Shown here: one piece after another, positions 57,705 to 64,000 of the stretch
Layout of the letters: each line of letters begins with the position of its first letter
How positions within the stretch are numbered: the stretch's first letter is position 1
Notes under the pieces: generated by a model
What the model was told of the DNA's origin: nothing
Database searches by the model: none
What the model saw: the letters and a program-made list of their open reading frames with translations, nothing else
Translations under genes and position numbers: made by a program
From: Ostreococcus lucimarinus
Lineage: Eukaryota
Assembly (NCBI GenBank): GCA_000092065.1
Contig: CP000584.1
Length of the DNA: 64,000 nt
Direction: 5' to 3' (one strand)

Positions 57705-58073
57705 TCACTCCGTCGCGTCCGATCCCGCGCCTTTCCGCTTCAGCCCAAACTTTTCCACCAGCTCGAACGCCTTATTCAGCACCTCCGTCTCCGCCGCGTT
57801 GAGTTCGTGAATCTCATCCACGACCTTATTCATCGCTCGATCGCGCGCGCGAGGGTCCAGCACGTCGTCCTCGTCGCTCGGGAACCCAGCCTCGGCGAAC
57901 TCGAGCATCGCCGCGCTCGGCTCTGCCCCCGCCTCGTTCGCCGCGTCGGCGCCGTCCGCGTCGCTCGCGCGACGCGTGATGGCGACGCGCGCGCGCGCGC
58001 GTTCGACGCGCTTCGTCGCGCGCGCGTGCGGACGCGCGATGGGGGCGAGCGGGGCGAGCGCGCGGGCGAACAT
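57705..58073 (-). CDS. small organelle-targeted protein (122 aa) with ribosomal L7/L12 N-terminal-domain-like helix; function unknown
   Basis: ATG at 58073..58071. Arg/Ala presequence, then MNKVVDEIHELNAAETEVLNKAFELVEKFGL, which resembles the L7/L12 dimerisation helix. No L12 C-terminal domain follows. Confidence 0.3.
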   Translation of the reverse strand: MFARALAPLAPIARPHARATKRVERARARVAITRRASDADGADAANEAGAEPSAAMLEFAEAGFPSDEDDVLDPRARDRAMNKVVDEIHELNAAETEVLNKAFELVEKFGLKRKGAGSDATE

Positions 58074-58189
58074 CGCGTGTCGAAGTGACGAGTGACGTCG
58101 GTCCGTCGGTGGGTCGAGAAGTCAAATTCTAAGTGCTATGCGTCGTGACGTGTCTTCGTATCGCGTCGCGCGTCGGTGAGGCGCATCGC

Positions 58190-58872
58190 TCATCGCAGGC
58201 ACGATGAGAATCGGTGCTGGCCCACGTACCCGCCCTGCATCGCGCGCCGGACGTTCATCGCGAAATTCTGAGGCGTGCGCGCCAAATCCTCCGCCGCCTC
58301 CTTGTTCAGAGGATCGTCCGGATTCGGCTCGCTGAACAGCAGAGACAACCCGAAGATGACGCTCGAGATCGACAACACCGGTTTCCAATCCTCTCTCAAA
58401 ATGTTCAAGCACACGTTCCCGTCCAAGTCAATGTTCGGGTGATACACCTTGCGCTCGCATCGCACCTTCGGCGGTTCGTGCGGATACATCGTCGGCACCG
58501 CGAACGAAAACTCAAACGTCCCACCGCGATAGTACCCCTCATCGGGTTTAATCGCGATGACAAAGTTCAACAAATCATCCTTCCCATTCGGGAACGCTAT
58601 CGACATCGTCCGCGGAAGCGCGAGCTCCGATATGTCTGCGTTCGTTTCGTTCGCGCGCGCGCGTCAGTCGTCTCGCCGTCGTCCCGCGTCCTCGCGCTTC
58701 CCCCGTTCGCGTCGCCGTCTCGCGCACCTTTCGCCACGCGAACCTCCCCGCTGCTCTGTCTCGACGTCGTGCCTCCGTTCGCCTCGCGTTCGGCCGCCTC
58801 CTTCTCTTGTTTCGCCTGTCGTCGTCGTCGCGCGCGCGTCGCGTCAGTCCTTCGTCGCATCCTTCGTCGCAT
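58190..58872 (-). CDS. UBC12: NEDD8-conjugating enzyme UBC12 (UBE2M/RCE1 type); spliced complement(join(58190..58635,58728..58872))
   Basis: Exon 2 contains track ORF 58190..58606. It is near-identical to UBE2M: [63 protein letters not shown]. The frame stays open upstream, giving [10 protein letters not shown] (cf. DINELNLPKT), back to acceptor CAG ending 58636. Branch GACTGAC at 58669-58663. Exon 1 (track ORF 58597..58872, [48 protein letters not shown]+G) encodes the Lys/Glu-rich UBC12-specific N-terminal extension (cf. [21 protein letters not shown]...LRIQKD) and ends before donor GTGCGC at 58727. 92-nt phase-1 intron. 196 aa. Confidence 0.8.
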
Positions 58873-58883
58873 CCTTCGTCGCG
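58849..58883. repeat. 12-bp tandem repeat (ccttcgtcgcat x2 plus partial third copy) spanning the UBC12 start codon
   Basis: Read directly. On the coding (minus) strand this reads ATGCGACGAAGG ATGCGACGAAGG, duplicating the initiator ATG and giving MRRR-MRRR. A third degenerate copy lies 5' of it. Confidence 0.8.
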
Positions 58884-59060
58884 CGCGTCGCCGCGCGGTC
58901 GTTCGTCGCGCGCGTCGGCGTCGCGGTCGCGCGTCGCGCGTCGTCGTCCTCGCGTCGCGCGCGCACCTTGACGGAGAACAGCTTGATCATCGCGCCCTCG
59001 TCGCGGCGTCGTGTGTCGCGCGCGACGATTCGGCGCGTCGTCGCGGATGGATAGAGCGCG

Positions 59061-60515
59061 ATGCGACGGCGCGACACACGACGACGCGCGATGGCGATGG
59101 CGATGACGCGCGCGATGATGACGACGGCGACGACGGCGACGACGAAAGCGACGGCGCGGGACGCGCGACGCGAGACGCGCGCGCGACGCGCGATCGCGAC
59201 GAGGGCGAGCAACAACGAAAACCGCTACGGCGCGTGCTGGCCGGGACGCGCGGAGGTGCCGGCGAACGTCGCGGCGCTCGGGAACGGAAACGTGAAGAAG
59301 ATATCGCTGCTCGGAAGCACGGGGTCGATCGGGACGCAGACGCTGGACATTTGCGAGGAACATCCGGATAAGTTTGAGGTCGTGGCGCTGAGCGCGGGGC
59401 GAAACGTGACGCTGGTGGCGGAGCAGTGCGCGAAGTTCTCGCCGAAGTTGGTGAGCGTGCAGAACGGAGAGGACGTGGCGAAACTGAGGGATGCGTTGCA
59501 AAAACTCGGATGCGCGATGCCGGAGATTATGTATGGGGAGGATGGGATGGTTGAGGTGGCGAGACACGCCGACTGCGATTCGGTGGTGACGGGCATCGTC
59601 GGATGCGCGGGATTGCCGCCGACGGTGGCGGCGATCGAGGCGGGAAAGAATATTTGCTTGGCGAATAAGGAGACCCTCATCGCCGGTGGCCCCGCGATCG
59701 TGCCGTTGGCGGTGAAGCATGGGGTGAAAATTTTGCCCGCGGATTCCGAGCACAGCGCCTTGTTCCAGTGCATTCAAGGCATGCCGGAGGGCGCGCTGAG
59801 ACGCATCATTCTCACCGCCTCTGGCGGCGCTTTCCGCGATATGGACCTCGCCACCATGCGTGAACTCGCGGTGTCCGATCCCGCGGCGTTGCACAAGAAG
59901 GCGACGACGCACCCGAACTGGGACATGGGCGCGAAGATTACGTGCGACAGCGCGACGCTCATGAACAAGGCGCTCGAAGTCATCGAGGCGCACTACCTCT
60001 ACGGCACCTCTTACGACAACATTGACGTGATCGTGCACCCGCAATCGATCGTGCACTCCATGGTTGAGACCTCGGATAGCTCCGTTTTGGCGCAATTGGG
60101 CTGGCCTGACATGCGTTTGCCTATTCTTTACACCATGTCTTGGCCCAACCGCGTCGAGTGCTCCGAAGTCACGTGGCCGCGACTCGACTTTGTCAAGATG
60201 GGCGACCTCACCTTCCGCGCGCCCGATTTCGAAAAGTACCCGTCTCTCACCATGGGCTACGCCGCCGGTCGCGCCGGTGGCACCATGACGGGCGTTTTCT
60301 CCGCCGCCAACGAGCAAGCGGTCGCCATGTTCTTGGACAAAAAGATGGGCTACTTCGACATTTACAAAGTCATCGAGTTGGCCATGGAGGCGCACAAGAA
60401 CGAGCTCGTGCTCGATCCGTCCCTGGACGACATCGTGCACTACGATTTGTGGGCGCGCGATCACGTCAAGCAAACCGTGGAATCTGGCGTTTTGACCGGC
60501 GCCCTGCCTCGTTAA
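59061..60515 (+). CDS. DXR: 1-deoxy-D-xylulose 5-phosphate reductoisomerase (MEP pathway) with plastid transit peptide
   Basis: ATG at 59061. Conserved DXR blocks: [99 protein letters not shown]. Thr/Ala/Arg-rich presequence of about 75 aa. Confidence 0.9.
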   Translation: MRRRDTRRRAMAMAMTRAMMTTATTATTKATARDARRETRARRAIATRASNNENRYGACWPGRAEVPANVAALGNGNVKKISLLGSTGSIGTQTLDICEEHPDKFEVVALSAGRNVTLVAEQCAKFSPKLVSVQNGEDVAKLRDALQKLGCAMPEIMYGEDGMVEVARHADCDSVVTGIVGCAGLPPTVAAIEAGKNICLANKETLIAGGPAIVPLAVKHGVKILPADSEHSALFQCIQGMPEGALRRIILTASGGAFRDMDLATMRELAVSDPAALHKKATTHPNWDMGAKITCDSATLMNKALEVIEAHYLYGTSYDNIDVIVHPQSIVHSMVETSDSSVLAQLGWPDMRLPILYTMSWPNRVECSEVTWPRLDFVKMGDLTFRAPDFEKYPSLTMGYAAGRAGGTMTGVFSAANEQAVAMFLDKKMGYFDIYKVIELAMEAHKNELVLDPSLDDIVHYDLWARDHVKQTVESGVLTGALPR

Positions 60516-60620
60516 ACTACACATTCGATTCGTTTCGTCTCGCGCGCTCGTTCGCCGACGTTGCTAATACTCACTCCAACAACGAGTCACGCGCTTCACT
60601 CGCGCACGCGCGCACGCCTG

Positions 60621-61589
60621 ATGATCGTCGCGGCGCGCGCCACCGCGCGCGTTCAGTGCGCCGCACCGCGCGCCCGCCGCCATCGTTCGCGCCGTCACCG
60701 CGTCGCTCGGGCGTCGTCCGGCGTGAACGATGACGACGCGTCTGACGCAGCCATGTACGAAGAACTCGAGAAGATTAACGCCGCGAACAACAGTAAGAGC
60801 GCGAGTGACTGGATCGGGGCGTGGTCGAAGGCGATCACCGACCCCCCGAGCGAGGCAGAGGTGGAGAAGATGCGAGCTGCGGCGATGGCGGCCGAGGAAG
60901 AGCGCTTGGCGGAGGCGAGGAGCTATCGGTACGTCTTCGCGCACGATCTGCTGAGCGGATCGGGGGACTCGTTCGCGGGTAAATATCTCAAGGATGCGCT
61001 AGGAATGATTGATATCGAGCTGGAGACGCCAGACTTGGTGTGTGGGAACGCGGAGTACACGGTGTCGAGCGCGTTGGAAAAGTTGACGGCGGCGCTGAAC
61101 GGCGGGGAAGGGCGGAAGGAGCGACCGGTTCGGTTGATTGGGTCGAGCACGGGGGCATTGGTGGCGGCGCTGTACGCGGAAAGGAACCGAGACAGGGTTG
61201 ACAAAGTGTTTCTTCTCGCGCCGACGTGGGGGCTGGCGAACATTTTGACAAACTTTGAGAAGAGTTACGGCGTCAAGTTCAGCAAGGCGTTCGTCGACGA
61301 CGCGAGCACGTTACCCGAGTATCCGACGGTGACTTGCCCGGCGTATATCGTGCATGGACACGATGACGACGTTTCGCCGTTGGACAACTCCGCGCGTTGG
61401 ATGCAGATGGCGTCGCAGTGGATGCGACAGGAAGGTGATTCCGACGAAAACGTCGCCGAGAGACGACTTCTCGAGGTGAGCGGCTTAGGGCACGGCGTTG
61501 AGACCGCGCTTCCAATGTCGATGGGGCGGTTCACAGAGTTTTTTAAAATTCCAAGAGTTGACTTGTACTTGCGTGAAAGAGAGCCTTGA
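60621..61589 (+). CDS. alpha/beta-hydrolase fold esterase (YqiA/UPF0227-like) with presequence; C-terminus as annotated runs into an AT-rich tandem repeat
   Basis: ATG at 60621 (track start 60561 is TTG). Nucleophile elbow GSSTGA (LIGSSTGALVAALYA). Acid-bearing loop IVHGHDDDVSPLD. Distal His in SGLGHG. The last about 17 codons (TEFFKIPRVDLYLREREP) are encoded by 38 %-GC sequence inside repeat copy 1 with atypical codon usage, so the true C-terminus is uncertain. Confidence 0.5.
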   Translation: MIVAARATARVQCAAPRARRHRSRRHRVARASSGVNDDDASDAAMYEELEKINAANNSKSASDWIGAWSKAITDPPSEAEVEKMRAAAMAAEEERLAEARSYRYVFAHDLLSGSGDSFAGKYLKDALGMIDIELETPDLVCGNAEYTVSSALEKLTAALNGGEGRKERPVRLIGSSTGALVAALYAERNRDRVDKVFLLAPTWGLANILTNFEKSYGVKFSKAFVDDASTLPEYPTVTCPAYIVHGHDDDVSPLDNSARWMQMASQWMRQEGDSDENVAERRLLEVSGLGHGVETALPMSMGRFTEFFKIPRVDLYLREREP

Positions 61590-61645
61590 CAGAGTTTTTT
61601 AAAATTCCAAGAGTTGACTTGTACTTGCGTGAAAGAGAGCCTTGA
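61534..61645. repeat. perfect 56-bp tandem duplication, AT-rich (about 38 % GC), each copy ending in TGA
   Basis: Read directly. Copy 1 at 61534-61589 and copy 2 at 61590-61645 are identical (cagagttttttaaaattccaagagttgacttgtacttgcgtgaaagagagccttga). The TGA ending copy 1 is the annotated stop of the upstream hydrolase gene. Confidence 0.9.
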
Positions 61646-61806
61646 AGGAAGATGCATCGCCGACGTTGACTTTCCAAATTTAGAGCCATCAAACCAAACT
61701 AGGAGTGGCGCATAGCACGGCGCATAGCAAGCTTCGTGCGACGCGCGCAATGGGATCTGGGGACGGCGCGTTAGCTTGAAGATACACCATCGCGCGCCAC
61801 TACGCT

Positions 61807-62679
61807 ATGGCGTCCAGCACCGACGTCGAGCGGTTGCTCGCGCAGACACAGAGGGAGAGGAATGTTCGCGCCACGCTCAAGATGCAAATCAAGCAGCACG
61901 CTCAAAAGGAACGCGATTTCGCGGAGTGGGAAGAACGTCTCGTCGACAAGCAGCAGCGAATCGAGGATAACATCGTAAACTGTGATGATATGCTGCGCCA
62001 GGCGGATGCGAAACGCGAGCACGCAGAGGACAACGTCAAACGGGACGCGGAGTCCCAGCGAAGTAGCATGCGCGACATCGCCAGGCTGCGCGCACAACTT
62101 GAAGACATCCGCGCAAAGTGTGCACACGTTTCAGATGAAATTCAGGCGAGCTCGAAATACTTTGAGTTTTTAAGCCGCTCGAGTCAAATCGTGCTTGCGC
62201 GCAATTCGTCCAAGGCTGAAGACGTTTACGAACTCGTGGAAGAGATCCTCGATCGTCACCGGACCCTCGTGATGGCGAATCATCAATTACAAGATCAGTT
62301 CAAAGTGACCGCACGGTCGCACGACGACTTGACCGACGCGCATAACAAGTACGTGGACGATTCGCGCGAAAACATTTTGGCGTTGAACACGCGCCTCGGC
62401 GGCATGAAACGCTTGCTCGAGTCTAACATGCGAAGCACTAGCGCGAGCATGACGACGATGACACACTTCGCCAAAAAGTGTGCGCTTAAGCACTCGTCCG
62501 TGAGCTTGGTGAAGATGGCGACTGAGAACATATTCGTCAAGTGCACGTCGCGCTCGCACGTCGCCCGCTGCGCCACAGGACGCGAGCACGCGAGCGACAC
62601 TAGCGTGCGACTGAGCATCATACGACACTTCCTCTGCGACATGCGTGCTATCGCCCGCGAGACGACCTGTGATAGATAA
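61807..62679 (+). CDS. CCDC42/CFAP73-like (DUF4200) cilia/flagella-associated coiled-coil protein
   Basis: ATG at 61807. Blocks EEILDRHRTLVMANHQL (cf. CCDC42 EVIARYKTLVSMRHDL) and SLVKMATENIFVKC (cf. GTIKMATLNLFQIV), with the same spacing. Gene sits in a locally lower-GC block. Confidence 0.55.
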   Translation: MASSTDVERLLAQTQRERNVRATLKMQIKQHAQKERDFAEWEERLVDKQQRIEDNIVNCDDMLRQADAKREHAEDNVKRDAESQRSSMRDIARLRAQLEDIRAKCAHVSDEIQASSKYFEFLSRSSQIVLARNSSKAEDVYELVEEILDRHRTLVMANHQLQDQFKVTARSHDDLTDAHNKYVDDSRENILALNTRLGGMKRLLESNMRSTSASMTTMTHFAKKCALKHSSVSLVKMATENIFVKCTSRSHVARCATGREHASDTSVRLSIIRHFLCDMRAIARETTCDR

Positions 62680-62715
62680 TAGACTCTCTTCTTTAAAACA
62701 CTACAGCTGCGTCCA

Positions 62716-63231
62716 TCATCTGAACCGCTTCGCCTTCCGCCGTTCGCTCCGCTCGCGTCGACGCTTCTCCTCCTTCGTCTCCTCCCGCTCCTCGTTCTCC
62801 TCCGCCCGAGGCGCGAACACGTATGGCAGCACGAATTTCGTCACTATCATGTACCCCGCGACCAAAGGCACGATCAGCGTCACCAACCAAAACCGATCCG
62901 AATACGTCGACGTCGCCATCGCGAACGCGCCGACGTAGATCAAATCCTGATAATACTCCGTCAACCCCCCGCTCAGCGACTCCCCTCCATCGAGCACTTC
63001 GCCGTTCTCCCCGAACGTCGGCTTCGCGTACGCGCGCAGCGAGCCCAGCGACGCTCGACACGCGAGCGCGGTGACGGCGAACACGCACAGGTGAAACAAT
63101 CGCACGCTTTTCCAGCGAAACACGACGCGCACGACGACGTGCAGCGCCATCGCGCCGTTCAGGACATCGCTCAGAAACTTCAACTTCGCGCGGTTCTCCT
63201 CCAACCGCTTCTTCGCGCCGGATTTCGCCAT
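62716..63231 (-). CDS. TMEM208: TMEM208 / SND2 (DUF788) ER membrane protein
   Basis: ATG at 63231..63229 (MAKSGAKKRLEENRAKLKF, cf. human [25 protein letters not shown]), the last 171 codons of minus ORF 62716..63834. Three hydrophobic helices and a basic tail (EEKRRRERSERRKAKRFR) as in TMEM208. Confidence 0.7.
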   Translation of the reverse strand: MAKSGAKKRLEENRAKLKFLSDVLNGAMALHVVVRVVFRWKSVRLFHLCVFAVTALACRASLGSLRAYAKPTFGENGEVLDGGESLSGGLTEYYQDLIYVGAFAMATSTYSDRFWLVTLIVPLVAGYMIVTKFVLPYVFAPRAEENEEREETKEEKRRRERSERRKAKRFR

Positions 63232-63333
63232 GTCGCGCCCGCGCGGGTCGTCGCGGATTAATGCGGATTGATTCAATCGTCGCGCGTTACAACGCGCGGC
63301 GCTCGACGCCGACGCCGGCGACGCGAGCGAACG

Positions 63334-64000
63334 ATGCTCGAGACGGCGACGCGCGCGCGCGCGCCGAGCGCGCCGGCGCGCGATCCGCGCGCCGCGCGCG
63401 CGCGACGCGCGACGGCGAGGACGACGCCGCGTCAGCAACGGTGCGCGGTGACGTCGGCGCGCGCGCGCGTCGTCCGCGCGGTGCTCGCGGACGATAAAAC
63501 GCACGCGAACGCGCCGGCGTCGTCGGTGATCGTCGGCGGTGGACCCACGGGGCTGGCGTGCGCGATCGCGCTCGCGCGGCGGGGCTGGGGGAACATCGAG
63601 GTGTGGGAACGCCTCGCGAAGCCGCCGTCGAGCGATTCTTCGGTCTGGGGGGATGCCTCGCGATCGTATAACGTCGGATTGAGCGGCCGAGGGCAAGCCG
63701 TGCTGAAGGATCTCGGGGTCTTCGATGCGGTGATCGATAAGTGCGCGGTGGTGAAGGGACGCATGGACTGGGGACCGAACGGCGAGCCGAAGGAGCGCTT
63801 GGCGAATAAGACGTACGATACGCAAGTGATTCAAAGGGACAGGCTGGTTTCGGTGCTCGTGGAAGAGATCGAGAAGAAATATGCGGGGAAGATTTCGGTA
63901 TCTTACGACGTCGCGTGCGTCGATTGTGAGTTTGGTGCGGACGGAGTCACGCTCGAACGCGGAGCGTGCGGCGAAAACTGCGATCTCGCCGCCGCGCGCG
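63334..64000 (+). CDS. FAD-dependent monooxygenase, kynurenine 3-monooxygenase-like (3' partial, runs off window end)
   Basis: Not in the ORF track because it has no stop inside the window. ATG at 63334 (MLETATRARA...) opens a stop-free frame to 64000. After an Arg/Ala presequence comes the Rossmann FAD motif VIVGGGPTGLACAIALARRG. KMO-like blocks follow: RSYNVGLSGRGQAVLKDLG, VKGRMDW, VIQRDRLVSVLVEEIEKKY, FGADG. Confidence 0.55.
   Translation, partial: MLETATRARAPSAPARDPRAARARRATARTTPRQQRCAVTSARARVVRAVLADDKTHANAPASSVIVGGGPTGLACAIALARRGWGNIEVWERLAKPPSSDSSVWGDASRSYNVGLSGRGQAVLKDLGVFDAVIDKCAVVKGRMDWGPNGEPKERLANKTYDTQVIQRDRLVSVLVEEIEKKYAGKISVSYDVACVDCEFGADGVTLERGACGENCDLAAAR

Noticed and set aside
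46717-60515. Interpretation of the window as bacterial, because SecA, DXR, LipA, short PRODH and a CPBP protease are present
   Set aside because: The same window encodes kinesin-14, TPR/NUA, SRP14, RPL10A, BAF60, RBBP5, NPL4, ISY1 and UBC12, and contains spliceosomal introns. The bacterial-type enzymes carry Ser/Thr/Arg-rich N-terminal presequences typical of nuclear-encoded plastid or mitochondrial proteins.

Overview
The window reads as gene-dense nuclear DNA of a very GC-rich (about 65 %) eukaryote, most plausibly a flagellated prasinophyte green alga (Micromonas-like), not a prokaryote. I support about 43 protein-coding genes in 64 kb, roughly one per 1.4 kb, on both strands, with intergenic spacers of 30-450 bp. 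Recognisable products include the nuclear-pore basket protein TPR/NUA (1794 aa), a C-terminal-motor kinesin-14 with a very long coiled-coil stalk, plastid-type SecA, DXR, lipoyl synthase, a polyprenyl-diphosphate synthase, a CPBP/CAAX protease, SRP14, RPL10A, the NEDD8-E2 UBC12, NPL4, a TUL1-type RING E3, RBBP5/SWD1, BAF60/SWP73, ISY1, a SART3-like HAT-RRM protein, TMEM208, a flagellar CCDC42/CFAP73-like protein, a short bacterial-type proline dehydrogenase and a kynurenine-monooxygenase-like FAD enzyme cut by the window end. Most genes are single-exon. I could reconstruct four spliced genes by hand (RPL10A with a 5-nt first exon, ISY1 with a 27-nt first exon, UBC12, and a KDEL thioredoxin/PDI-like gene). 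All four share the same intron syntax: donor GTGCG[T/C/G] or GTAGGT, a GACTGAC branch motif 27-34 nt upstream of a CAG acceptor, and introns of 92-261 bp. I found no rRNA, tRNA, CRISPR array or transposon genes. Repeats are limited to short tandem duplications: 25 bp x2, 12 bp x3 across a start codon, an AT-rich 56 bp x2 across a stop codon, and a (GCACC)7 microsatellite. Because of the GC bias both strands carry many long spurious ORFs and Arg-rich ORF 'N-terminal extensions'. The ORF track also starts ORFs at GTG/TTG, so I re-derived true ATG starts by hand. Coordinates I derived manually may be off by 1-3 nt. I see no novel multi-gene system. The points of most interest are the micro-exons and shared intron syntax, the start-codon and stop-codon tandem duplications, and a few lineage-unusual protein architectures.
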